Assembly: GCA_048268245.1 (NCBI GenBank)
Contig: JBLWVX010000015.1
Span: 1-59,693, forward strand
Direction: 5' to 3'
Length of the DNA stretch: 59,693 nt
Source of the DNA: Arcobacteraceae bacterium
GTDB taxonomy: Bacteria; Campylobacterota; Campylobacteria; Campylobacterales; Arcobacteraceae
Of this stretch, positions 39,233-49,565 are shown one piece after another. The notes under the pieces are model-generated. The model was not told where the DNA came from. It ran no database searches and was given only the letters and a program-made list of their open reading frames with translations. Within the stretch, counting starts at the first letter, position 1; every line of letters begins with the position of its first letter. The position numbers and the translations under genes were made by a program.

Positions 39233-41422
39233 ATGACTTCGTCTGATAACATTGATAGCATAATTGAAAGCCAATTCTTTAACAGCTGCCCTACTTCAGC
39301 TATCATATATAAAGATAAAGAGTTAAAAAAAATAGTTAATGTATCTAGGAATATAAAAGCATTAACTTCTTATGAAAAAAATGAATTTCTATCAAATAAT
39401 ATTTTAGTTGAAAATCTTATCAATAAAAATGAGTTTAAATTAATTTTAAAAGAAATCTCAACAAATACAAACAAAGAGTTTGAACTTCCAATCTTTTCAA
39501 TAACAGATAAAAACAATAAAAACAAATATATAAAAGCAAGTATAAATATTAAAAATGGCTTTTATATTATGTTTTTAAATGATATTACGAAAGAGTATCA
39601 ACAATCAAAAAAAGTAAATGATTTAGACTCAATACTTCATCTTCTTCCTGATTTACTTTGGATGAAAGATAAAGATGGAGTTTATCTAACATGTAATAAA
39701 AGGTTTGAAGAGTTCTTTGGAGCAAAAAAAGAACAGATTATTGGAAAAACTGATTATGACTTTGTAGATAAAAAGCTAGGTGATTTTTTTAGAAAACATG
39801 ATTTAGAAACTATGAATAGTAATACTCCTGTATCAAACTTTGAAGAACTTACATTTTCAAATGATAATCATAAAGAGTATTGTCTTACTATCAAAACAAA
39901 AATATTAGATAAGAACCAAGAATTATCCGGTATTTTAGGAATAGCTAGAGACATAAGTGAAATAAAACAACTACAAGATACACTAAAAGCAGAGAAAATA
40001 AAATATAAAAAACTCTTAGAACAATCTTCTGATGCTATTTTTATAGTTGATGAAAATGCAAAAATCATAGACACAAGTAAAGAGTTCTGTAAAATATTAG
40101 GTTATTCAAAAGAAGAAGCTTTAAACCTTTATGTTTGGGACTTTGAAACTCTTCACAAAAAAGAATTAATAAAAAATAATGTAAAAAAAGTATTAAAAGT
40201 TCCTATGGCATTTAAATCAAAATATTCTAAAAAAGATGGCTCAAAAATTGATGTTTCTATTAGAATTACAAGTATTGAAATTAATCATAAGACATATATT
40301 TATAGTTCATTTAGAGATATTACAAAAGAAAAAGAACTTCAAGACAAACTATTAAAACAAAAAGATGAATTTGAGTCAATCTTTAATTACTCACAAGATA
40401 GTATTGTAATTATTGATTCTAACTTTAAAATTTTGAATTTTAATGACGCTTTTATAAAACTAACTGAATATGAAAAAGAAACACTGCAAAATCTATCTTA
40501 TAAAAATTTGATTATAAAGGAAAATAAATCTAAATTTTTAAATGCAATCAATGATGCTTCAAAACTTGGACATAGTGAATACTTTGAAAAAAGTATTCAA
40601 TTAAAAAACAATAAGAGAGTATTAGTTAGTATTTGTATTTCTTCCTTACCAAATAAAGATAAGTTTTTATTAACTATAAAAGACATAACAAGCAAAAGAA
40701 CTTTAGAAAAACAATCAAAGTTAGCTTCTATGGGAGAAATGATAGGTAACATAGCTCATCAATGGAGACAACCTTTAAGTGTTATTACTATGCATGCAAG
40801 TGGGCTAAAACTTCAATCTCAATTAAATACTTTAGAGCAAAAAGATATTGATATTTGTGTTGAGAGTATTATGAAACAAGCAAAATATCTTTCAGATACT
40901 ATTGATAACTTTAGAAACTTTATCAAAGGAAACAAAGATGAAATATCACAAATTTCTATTAAACAAGTTATTGAAGATACTATAATCCTAGTTCAAGCAT
41001 CTCTTCAAAATAACTATATTCAACTTATTTTAGATGTTGAAGATTATGAGATTTATGGAAATAAAAATGAACTAATAGAGGCTTTTATAAATATAATTAA
41101 CAACAGTAAAGATGCTCTTAAACAAAATATAGAAAAAGAAAGTGATAGATTTATTTTTATAAAAACTATTAAACATAAAAATGAACTTGAACTTTTAATT
41201 TATGATAGTGCTAAAGGAATTCCTGAAAATATCATAGATAAAATATTTGAACCATACTTTACTACAAAACATAAATTAAATGGAACAGGATTAGGACTTG
41301 CTATAGTTGACAGGGTCTTAAGACAAAGACATAAAGCACAAATTAATGTATTTAATAAAGAATTTACATATAATAATATAGCGTATAAAGGCTGCTGTTT
41401 TAGTATTATTTTTAAAGATTAA
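39233..41422 (+). CDS. Cytoplasmic multi-PAS histidine kinase (start uncertain, 39185 or 39233)
   Basis: PAS repeats (WMKDKDG..CN; SDAIFIVD), NIAHQWRQPL, FEPYFTTK, GTGLGL. Confidence 0.88.
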   Translation: MTSSDNIDSIIESQFFNSCPTSAIIYKDKELKKIVNVSRNIKALTSYEKNEFLSNNILVENLINKNEFKLILKEISTNTNKEFELPIFSITDKNNKNKYIKASINIKNGFYIMFLNDITKEYQQSKKVNDLDSILHLLPDLLWMKDKDGVYLTCNKRFEEFFGAKKEQIIGKTDYDFVDKKLGDFFRKHDLETMNSNTPVSNFEELTFSNDNHKEYCLTIKTKILDKNQELSGILGIARDISEIKQLQDTLKAEKIKYKKLLEQSSDAIFIVDENAKIIDTSKEFCKILGYSKEEALNLYVWDFETLHKKELIKNNVKKVLKVPMAFKSKYSKKDGSKIDVSIRITSIEINHKTYIYSSFRDITKEKELQDKLLKQKDEFESIFNYSQDSIVIIDSNFKILNFNDAFIKLTEYEKETLQNLSYKNLIIKENKSKFLNAINDASKLGHSEYFEKSIQLKNNKRVLVSICISSLPNKDKFLLTIKDITSKRTLEKQSKLASMGEMIGNIAHQWRQPLSVITMHASGLKLQSQLNTLEQKDIDICVESIMKQAKYLSDTIDNFRNFIKGNKDEISQISIKQVIEDTIILVQASLQNNYIQLILDVEDYEIYGNKNELIEAFINIINNSKDALKQNIEKESDRFIFIKTIKHKNELELLIYDSAKGIPENIIDKIFEPYFTTKHKLNGTGLGLAIVDRVLRQRHKAQINVFNKEFTYNNIAYKGCCFSIIFKD

Positions 41423-41484
41423 AAACTTGATACCATTAAAATACTTTTTTTATATATAATTTTAGAATAGATAAAAGGATTAAC

Positions 41485-42528
41485 TTGAAACTAGAAGATA
41501 TGAATATTATTTCCATTGATGATAATGAAAACAATTTATTTTTAATTGAAGCTTTTTGTAATGATATGGGTCTGAATGTAAAGAGCTTCAATGAGCCTTT
41601 AGATGCACTTTTACATGTCTTAAATAACCCTGTGGATATGATATTAATAGATTATATGATGCCTCAACTAAATGGCCTTGAATTTATCAAGGAATTTAGA
41701 AAAAACAATACTAAAACACCTATTATTATGATTACAGCAGCAAATGATCAAGATATTCATAGTGAAGCCTTTCTTGCAGGAGCTAATGACTTTTTAAATA
41801 AACCTGTAAATTCAACCTTATTTAAAGCAAGAGTTTTAAACTTACTAAATCTATATAAAAATACTCTTTTAATAGAAGATAAAGCAAAACTTCTTGAGGA
41901 GGAAGTAAAAATCGCAACAAAAGAGTTAATAAACAGAGAACATGAAACACTAAATATTTTAGGAAAAACAGCAGAATATAAAGACCCCGAAACAGCTTCA
42001 CATGTATCAAGAGTTGCTCACTATTCTAAAATGTTAGCAAGAGAGTATAAACTTGATGAAAAAGAGCAAGACATTATATATTTTGCTTCACCTTTTCATG
42101 ATTTAGGAAAAGTTGGAATTGAAGATAGTATTTTATTAAAACCTGGAAGATTAGATAAAGAAGAGTTTGAAGTAATAAAAACACATGCTCAAATTGGTTA
42201 TGAAATACTAAAAGACTCTAAAAGTGAATATCTTCAAGCAGGCGCTATAATTGCTATTAATCATCATGAAAAATATGATGGTTCTGGTTATCCTAAAGGT
42301 TTAAAAGGTGAGGATATTCACATTTATGGAAGAATAGTTGCAGTTGTTGATGTATTTGATGCTTTAACCTCTCATAGACCATATAAAAAAGCATGGACTT
42401 TTGAAGATGCTTTAAATCTTTTAATTGAAGAAAAAGGCAAACACTTTGACCCGAAAATTGTTGAGCTTTTTATTAAAAATATTGATGAAGTAAAAAGTAT
42501 TTATAATTCATTTCAAGAGGAAAACTAA
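41485..42528 (+). CDS. REC plus HD-GYP response regulator (c-di-GMP phosphodiesterase)
   Basis: DYMMP, HDLGK, HHEKYDGSGYP. Confidence 0.92.
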   Translation: MKLEDMNIISIDDNENNLFLIEAFCNDMGLNVKSFNEPLDALLHVLNNPVDMILIDYMMPQLNGLEFIKEFRKNNTKTPIIMITAANDQDIHSEAFLAGANDFLNKPVNSTLFKARVLNLLNLYKNTLLIEDKAKLLEEEVKIATKELINREHETLNILGKTAEYKDPETASHVSRVAHYSKMLAREYKLDEKEQDIIYFASPFHDLGKVGIEDSILLKPGRLDKEEFEVIKTHAQIGYEILKDSKSEYLQAGAIIAINHHEKYDGSGYPKGLKGEDIHIYGRIVAVVDVFDALTSHRPYKKAWTFEDALNLLIEEKGKHFDPKIVELFIKNIDEVKSIYNSFQEEN

Positions 42529-45500
42529 TGAATTTATTAAAAAGAATTTTAGGCCCTTTTTTTAATCCTTTTACAGGTCCAATTTTTGTAATTACGATAA
42601 TACTTACTATATCTATAATTTTTATAATCCCAAAATATACTGATCAAAACAACAAAGAACAAATGACGCAAAAAGCTGAAGAGCTAATTGATAATTTAAA
42701 AAAGACAAGAGCATACTATACTAAAAATGTTATAAACAAAATCAAAGGACATGAAGGTATAGACATAAATTATGACCATGAAACAAATGCAAAAACGGTT
42801 CCCTTGCCTGCTACATTTCTACATGACTTAAGTTTAATTTTGCCCCAAAATGAAATTGAAATAAAGATATATAGTAATTATCCTTTTCCTAACAGACAAG
42901 ATAGAGTTTTAAAAGATCATGAAAAGATGACACTTAGTTATCTTATAAATAATCCCACGAAAATTTATACTCAAAAAGTTGAATTTAATAATATTAAAAA
43001 ATATAAAGTTGCTATTGCTGATACATTTACTGATGTGTCTTGTGTAAATTGTCATAATACAAGACCAGACACACCAAGAAACGATTGGAAAATTGGTGAT
43101 GTAAGAGGTGTTATTGAAGTTAGTATGCCATATAAAAATGAGTTTATTTTAACAACTCAACAAACTTTAATAATGGTATCTATTTTAATATTCTTTATTC
43201 TCATTTTAGCTATTCACTATAATATTATTTCGGAAAGAAATGAAAAAGAACATAAAAAAGCAAAAGAAACACTTGAATCAGAAGTAGAAAATAGAACTCA
43301 AGATTTAAAAAATGCCAATAAACTTTTAAGTCAATATAAAAAAGCTGTTGACTTAAGTGCTATAGTATCAAAAACAGATAAAAATGGAAAAATCACTTTA
43401 GTAAATGATGAATTTGTTAGAACTTCTAAATATGAAAGAAATGAGTTAATTGGCGAAGACCATAATATCGTAAGACATCCTGATATGCCAAAAAGTTTAT
43501 TTGAAGAGTTATGGAATACAATTTTAAATAAACAAATTTGGAAAGGACAGATAAAAAACAAAGCTAAAGATGGCAGTGCTTATTACGTAAATACTACTAT
43601 TGTTCCTATTTTAAACTATGAAAATGAAATAGAAGAGTTTTTAGCTATTAGGCTTGATATTACTGACGTAATAAATTCTCAAATTAAAGCCCAAAAAGCG
43701 GATGAGGCGAAGTCTATATTCTTAGCAAATATGAGTCATGAAATTAGAACACCTTTAAATGCTATTATTGGTTTCTCTGATATCCTTTGTAAATCTAAAT
43801 CTTTGGATATTCATGGGCTTAAACAAGCTAGAATCATTCAGTCTAGTGCCAACTCACTACTATCTATTATTAATGATATATTAGATATTTCTAAAATTGA
43901 AAGTGGCAACTTTGATATTACTATTGACACTACTGATTTATATTTTATCTCTGAGCATGTTATTGAGCTTTTTTCTAAAAATGCTATTGAAAAAAATCTT
44001 AAACTTATTTTTAATATTGACCATAAAATCCCTCTGTGTATTTTAACTGATGGTGTTAGAATCAGACAAGTTCTTTCTAATCTTTTATCTAATGCTATTA
44101 AGTTTACTCCTCATCATGGTAAAGTTGAACTTAACATATTTCTTAAAAATATGATTAATAACAAAGCTACTATTAACTTTGAAGTTAAAGATACTGGTAT
44201 TGGTATCCCTGGTGACAAACTTGACAATGTATTCAAACCTTTCATTCAAGTTGACCATAAATCAACAAGAGAGTTTGAAGGTACTGGTTTAGGTTTAAGT
44301 ATTTGTTCTCATATTATTCAAGCTTTAGGCTCTAAAATTGGTATTGAAAGTTCTATTGGTTTAGGAACTAGATTCTTCTTTGATTTAACATTTGATATTT
44401 GTGATGATTCTATTCATACAAACAAAGACTATTTACATCATTTAAATTTCAAAGTGGAAAATACTGACAATGATTTATATCATTATATTAAAAGGTATTT
44501 ATCTATCTTTGGAACTATCAATATTAACAAGTCTTCATCTAAAGATATTTATATCTTTAATTATGATAAAGATGGCAATTTAGATGAGTTTAGAAATGTT
44601 AATAAGGACAATCCTATTTTAATTTTATTTGAGTATGAAGAGGATTTATCGAAACTTATTTTAAATGAAAATGAACAAGCTTTATCTTTACCTTTTTATG
44701 CTTCTAAGGTTAATGATGCTCTACAAGATCTTCAGAAAAAAGCTGTTGACTCTATACCTTCTCTTAGGGAAGATACTTTAGCACAATCTTTTAATGGAAA
44801 CATTTTAGTTGCTGAGGATAACCTTGCTAATCAGGAACTAATCTCTTATATTTTAGAAAGTTTCGGTCTTAATTATACTATTAAACCTAATGGCAAAGAA
44901 ACTCTAGATGAGTTTATCTCTAATCCTGAGGCTTATGATTTAGTTTTAATGGATATTAATATGCCTATTATGGATGGTATTGAGGCATTTAATGCCATTA
45001 GAGAACATGAAAAGCAAAATGCCTTAGGTACTATTCCTATTATTGCTTTAACTGCTAATGCCATTAAAGGTGATAGGGAAAAATTCTTAAATATTGGTAT
45101 GAATGAGTATTTATCTAAGCCTGTTAATACTAATGATTTAAAGTTTATATTTGACAAGTTTTTAAATATTCAAAAAGATATCTCTTCTAATATATCTAAA
45201 GAAGATATTATTACAAACAATGATGAAGTATTTAGAATTGATATTAATAAGGTTATTAATAAGCTTGGTGTTTCTGAGAATATAGCTTTAATGATTATTA
45301 ACAAGTTTAAAAAAGAAATTCACAAGGATTTAGATGAACTTCAATCTTTTATTGAGGATAATGACTTTGAAAACATATCATCAAAAGCTCATTATATTAA
45401 AAACTCTTGTTTAAATCTTGCTTTAGATGATATCTGTGAAAAACTTCAATTACTTGAAAGCTCTTCTAATTTATCTACCTCTGAAATCAATGATTCTTTC

Positions 45501-45539
45501 AACTATTTAAAAAAAATTCTATCTAACATAAAGGACTAA
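42528..45539 (+). CDS. Hybrid histidine kinase with periplasmic heme-c sensor, PAS, REC and Hpt domains
   Basis: PLPATF, YSNYPF, CVNCH and GDVRG (DUF3365-like); MSHEIRTPLN; GTGLGL; MDINMP; AHYIKNS. Confidence 0.9.
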   Translation: MNLLKRILGPFFNPFTGPIFVITIILTISIIFIIPKYTDQNNKEQMTQKAEELIDNLKKTRAYYTKNVINKIKGHEGIDINYDHETNAKTVPLPATFLHDLSLILPQNEIEIKIYSNYPFPNRQDRVLKDHEKMTLSYLINNPTKIYTQKVEFNNIKKYKVAIADTFTDVSCVNCHNTRPDTPRNDWKIGDVRGVIEVSMPYKNEFILTTQQTLIMVSILIFFILILAIHYNIISERNEKEHKKAKETLESEVENRTQDLKNANKLLSQYKKAVDLSAIVSKTDKNGKITLVNDEFVRTSKYERNELIGEDHNIVRHPDMPKSLFEELWNTILNKQIWKGQIKNKAKDGSAYYVNTTIVPILNYENEIEEFLAIRLDITDVINSQIKAQKADEAKSIFLANMSHEIRTPLNAIIGFSDILCKSKSLDIHGLKQARIIQSSANSLLSIINDILDISKIESGNFDITIDTTDLYFISEHVIELFSKNAIEKNLKLIFNIDHKIPLCILTDGVRIRQVLSNLLSNAIKFTPHHGKVELNIFLKNMINNKATINFEVKDTGIGIPGDKLDNVFKPFIQVDHKSTREFEGTGLGLSICSHIIQALGSKIGIESSIGLGTRFFFDLTFDICDDSIHTNKDYLHHLNFKVENTDNDLYHYIKRYLSIFGTININKSSSKDIYIFNYDKDGNLDEFRNVNKDNPILILFEYEEDLSKLILNENEQALSLPFYASKVNDALQDLQKKAVDSIPSLREDTLAQSFNGNILVAEDNLANQELISYILESFGLNYTIKPNGKETLDEFISNPEAYDLVLMDINMPIMDGIEAFNAIREHEKQNALGTIPIIALTANAIKGDREKFLNIGMNEYLSKPVNTNDLKFIFDKFLNIQKDISSNISKEDIITNNDEVFRIDINKVINKLGVSENIALMIINKFKKEIHKDLDELQSFIEDNDFENISSKAHYIKNSCLNLALDDICEKLQLLESSSNLSTSEINDSFNYLKKILSNIKD

Positions 45540-45710
45540 AATGATAGAAAAAGTGATGTGTATTTTATAATATAAAGGATATTTTTTATAATTACTTTTT
45601 ATTGTGTATCTATTTTATTATAATTTAATTAAAATCATATAACAATTCCACTTTATTAGTAATAAATAAGATATACTTTTAAAAATATTATAAATTATAA
45701 GGAATTAAAT

Positions 45711-46220
45711 ATGTCAAAAATTGGTATATTAGTTGCAAGTGCAAATAACAATAGAAAATTAGGTGATAAATTAAAAGAGCTTGCTATAAAATCAGGTTAT
45801 GAAGTTGAACTAATCAATTTAGTTGATTTAGATTTACCATTATATAGTACAGTAGAAGAAGAAAGAAATGGAATACCAGAAACTGCTTTAGATTTAGCAA
45901 ATACAATTTTAAGTTTAAAAGCATTTATTGTAATTGCTCCTGAGTATAATGGAGTAATGCCTCCTGTATTAAACAATGCTATGGCATGGACTTCAAGATC
46001 AACAAAAGATTGGAGAGATGCTTTCAATGAGAAAGTTGTAGGATTAGCAACTCACAGTGGTGGAGGTGGAGCAAAAGGTCTTCAAGCTATGAGAATCATG
46101 TTCCAACACTTAGGTGCAAATATCTTAGCTAGAGAACTTTTAACAACTTATGAAAAACAGTTAAATGAAGATAGTGCTAAAAATATGATTGAACAGTTAG
46201 TAAAACTTTCAAAAGTTTAA
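45711..46220 (+). CDS. NADPH-dependent FMN reductase family protein
   Basis: LPLY, PEYNG..P..LNNAMAW.SR. Confidence 0.88.
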   Translation: MSKIGILVASANNNRKLGDKLKELAIKSGYEVELINLVDLDLPLYSTVEEERNGIPETALDLANTILSLKAFIVIAPEYNGVMPPVLNNAMAWTSRSTKDWRDAFNEKVVGLATHSGGGGAKGLQAMRIMFQHLGANILARELLTTYEKQLNEDSAKNMIEQLVKLSKV

Positions 46221-46246
46221 AATATAGGCATTTTGCCTATATTTTA
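46218..46246. terminator. Intrinsic terminator, possibly bidirectional
   Basis: TAAAATATAGGCA-TTT-TGCCTATATTTTA. Confidence 0.75.
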
Positions 46247-46483
46247 TAAAACGGGAGTTTTAACTATTAATGTCTTCTATAATATCAGGGAAATTACTTA
46301 AAAAATAGAGTGCTATTAACTCTTATATAAAAAAATTATCTAAATTTTAGTCAAACCTTTTCAACCTCCTTACCGTAATAAAAAAGTATACTTTAGTGTT
46401 TGTGACTAAAGTTACTGTAATTATAAATACATATAACTTAAATTTCAATAAAATTTAGCACTCAATAGACAATAGTGCCAATA

Positions 46484-48052
46484 TTATTTTTTTGGTAATC
46501 TTAATATAAATTGTGCACCTATATACTTTTCATCTTCAAACATAAACTCTTTATTCTCAACCTCAATTAGTCCTTGCATATGTTTTTTTACTATAGTTTC
46601 ACACATATAAAGCCCTACTCCAGTACCTTGTGATTTATGTTTCGTAGTAAAATATGGATCAAAAACTCTATTTATTATAGATTTTTTAATTCCTCCTGCA
46701 TTATCTAAGACTTTTATAAATAAATGTTCATCATTTTCATAAGTTTCAATCATTATTAGTTTTCTTTTTTTATCACCTTTACAAAGCTCATCACCAGCAT
46801 TATTTAGGATATTTAAAAGCACTTGAATAAGTTCATTTTTAAAAGTGAAAACCTCTAAATCTATAATATTCTCAACTATTTTTATGTTTTGAGATTTAAA
46901 ATTTGTTTTAGTAAGATTTATTGTATATTCAATAACTTCATTGATATTAAATGTTGTTTTTTTATAACTTGGTTTAAAAAAATTACTAAAATCATCAATT
47001 GTTTTAGAAAGATACTGAGAACTTGTATTTATATCATTTAATCCATTTGTTAAAGTTTGTTTATCAAGTGTTCCCGTATCATTTTGTATTTTCATTCCTG
47101 TTGATAAAACTGAAATGATTGATAAGGGCTGTCTCCACTGATGTGCTATATTTTCTAACATCTCACCCATTGCTGCCATTTTAGCTTGTCTTTGCATGAT
47201 ATTTTCATACTCTGTAAGCTCACTTTTTATTTTTGCAACTTCTTCTTTTAGTGTATTATTATAGTTTTCAAGTTTTCTATTTAAAGCTTCTCTTTGTTTC
47301 TCAATCTCTAATCTTTCACTAATATTTCTAGAAATTGCCATAATATAATCTTTACCATGATAACTTTTTAAACTTAACGAAGTCTCAACAAAAACACTGT
47401 TATTATTTTTGCCAATATATTTACCATATGTAATCATACTTTTCTTATTTTTTATATCTTTAAAAATTTCTGGTATTTCTGCTGAGTCTAGAATACCTTC
47501 TCTTAACTGGGAAATCCTCATAGTTTTTAACTCTTCTAAACTATAGTCTAAAACTTTGCAAACTTTCTCATTTGCAAACTCTATTTTTTGACTTTGAAAG
47601 TCAACTAAAAAAATCATATCACTTGATTCTTTAATAAATTCAAAATAAAGCTTTAATTCCTCATCTTGTTTAACCCTATGGGAAATATCCAATACATATG
47701 ATATTAGATGTTCTTTACCATCAATTTCAATTAGTCTTGAACTTATCTCTACGGGGAAGGTACTTCCATCTTTTCTTCTATGTATGGATTCTATTACTGA
47801 AGCACTAGCTGGATTATTTTGCTTAAATAATTCAAACTTTTCTTTATACTCTTCTTTAGTTTTGACTAATACATCCACATCAAAAACATTTAAAGTTGAT
47901 ACTTCTTTTTTATCATACCCTAAAGCTTGACAAGCTGTTGTATTAGCTAAAAGGATTTTACCATTTGAGTCTATTAAATAAATTGCTTCATTTGCAAGAT
48001 CCAATGAAGTTTTTAGAAGATTTTTAATATTGTTTCTCTTAAATTTTGTCAC
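46484..48052 (-). CDS. PAS-PAS histidine kinase
   Basis: HRRKDGSTFPVEIS, NIAHQWRQPL, DNAGG, GTGVGLY. Confidence 0.9.
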   Translation of the reverse strand: MTKFKRNNIKNLLKTSLDLANEAIYLIDSNGKILLANTTACQALGYDKKEVSTLNVFDVDVLVKTKEEYKEKFELFKQNNPASASVIESIHRRKDGSTFPVEISSRLIEIDGKEHLISYVLDISHRVKQDEELKLYFEFIKESSDMIFLVDFQSQKIEFANEKVCKVLDYSLEELKTMRISQLREGILDSAEIPEIFKDIKNKKSMITYGKYIGKNNNSVFVETSLSLKSYHGKDYIMAISRNISERLEIEKQREALNRKLENYNNTLKEEVAKIKSELTEYENIMQRQAKMAAMGEMLENIAHQWRQPLSIISVLSTGMKIQNDTGTLDKQTLTNGLNDINTSSQYLSKTIDDFSNFFKPSYKKTTFNINEVIEYTINLTKTNFKSQNIKIVENIIDLEVFTFKNELIQVLLNILNNAGDELCKGDKKRKLIMIETYENDEHLFIKVLDNAGGIKKSIINRVFDPYFTTKHKSQGTGVGLYMCETIVKKHMQGLIEVENKEFMFEDEKYIGAQFILRLPKK

Positions 48053-48173
48053 AAGAAAACCTATAATTATTTATTTTTTAATAGTTATTTTTAATGAAAA
48101 TTATTATAGCCAAAGTATAGTTTTAATGCAAGACTGTTATTATTTTGTAACTTATATGTGCTAGACTTTTTTT

Positions 48174-49553
48174 ATGAAAGATAAAATATATGTATTAGAC
48201 ACAAATATCATTTTACAAAACGTTCAAAATCTTTATAAAATATCTGACAATAAAACCAACCATATTGTAATCCCAGAAACCGTTTTACTAGAACTTGAAG
48301 ATAAGAAGAAATTGACAAATGAATTAGGTTTTTACTCAAGAGAGTTTGCTAGATTATTAGCCAAAATGAAAATAAAAGAAGTTGATTATAAAATAGGCTT
48401 TAAAGTAGTAAAATTTTTTAATAATGAATTAAATTTACATATCATTTCAAAAGATGTCTATGACACACAAATAGAGCAAATTCATATAAGTGAAAGTAAT
48501 GACAAAAGAATCATTGAAGTTGCATCTATTGCTCAAGAATACTATAAAGGGTTACAGACTGTTTTTCTATCTCTTGATGTTTATGCTAGAACCTTTGCTT
48601 TATTTAAAGGTTTAAAAACAGAGACTTTACATGATGATAAATCAACAGTTCCAAGCTTTGAGTTTGTTAAAAAGCTTGACTTTGATTCAAGTAATTTTAA
48701 TAGTTTAGATAAAAAGAATATATTTAATGTAGACGAACACTACTTATATGAAAACTTTTCATATAGTTTTGAAAGTCCAGATGGAAACTCTACTTATGGT
48801 ATTGTTTATAATGGTAAACTTGATGTTTTAAAAGAGAGTGACTTTAAATCACTAAACGTAAAGCCTGTAAACTTAAAACAAAAACTATTTACAAAAGCTA
48901 TTTTATCAAATATGTATGATTTACTTGTAATTGATGCAAAAGCAGGAAGTGGTAAAACACTTATGTCAATAGTAAGTGCAATTAGACTTATAGATTTAGG
49001 TTTATATGATAAAATAGTATATGTAAGAAATTCAATAGAATCTCTTGATAAAGGTGCTGATATTGGTTATCTTGCAGGGAATGATGAAAAGTTTAGAATA
49101 TATAATATGGCCTTGCATGATACTTTAGAATTTATAGCAAAAAAACAGCTGAAAAAAAGTGAAAATACAGATAATAAAGAATCAATTGAATCAAAAATAA
49201 GTGAAATACAATCTAAATATTGTATTGAAACTTTATGGCCAGGAGAAGCTAGAGGAAGAACTCTATCCGGAGCAATTGTTATTATGGATGAGTGGCAAAA
49301 TTCAAGTGAAAAAACAACTCAACTAATTTTATCAAGACTAGATGAATCTTGTATGGCAATTGTTATTGGGTCAAACCGACAAATTGATAATTTATATTTA
49401 AATAAATACAATAACGGTCTTACAACTTTATTAAAACAAACAAGTAGTAAACATGATGAATTAAATATGTTTGCAATTGAACTTGATAAAGCAGTAAGAG
49501 GTAAATTTGCACAGTTTACTGAGCGAATTTTTGAAAAGAAAAAAGAGAATTAA
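48174..49553 (+). CDS. PIN-PhoH fusion protein (PhoH2-like)
   Basis: YVLDTN..VLLELE PIN motifs; AGSGKT, IGYLAG, RGRTL, DEWQN. Confidence 0.88.
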   Translation: MKDKIYVLDTNIILQNVQNLYKISDNKTNHIVIPETVLLELEDKKKLTNELGFYSREFARLLAKMKIKEVDYKIGFKVVKFFNNELNLHIISKDVYDTQIEQIHISESNDKRIIEVASIAQEYYKGLQTVFLSLDVYARTFALFKGLKTETLHDDKSTVPSFEFVKKLDFDSSNFNSLDKKNIFNVDEHYLYENFSYSFESPDGNSTYGIVYNGKLDVLKESDFKSLNVKPVNLKQKLFTKAILSNMYDLLVIDAKAGSGKTLMSIVSAIRLIDLGLYDKIVYVRNSIESLDKGADIGYLAGNDEKFRIYNMALHDTLEFIAKKQLKKSENTDNKESIESKISEIQSKYCIETLWPGEARGRTLSGAIVIMDEWQNSSEKTTQLILSRLDESCMAIVIGSNRQIDNLYLNKYNNGLTTLLKQTSSKHDELNMFAIELDKAVRGKFAQFTERIFEKKKEN

Positions 49554-49565
49554 TAAGGATTTAAA

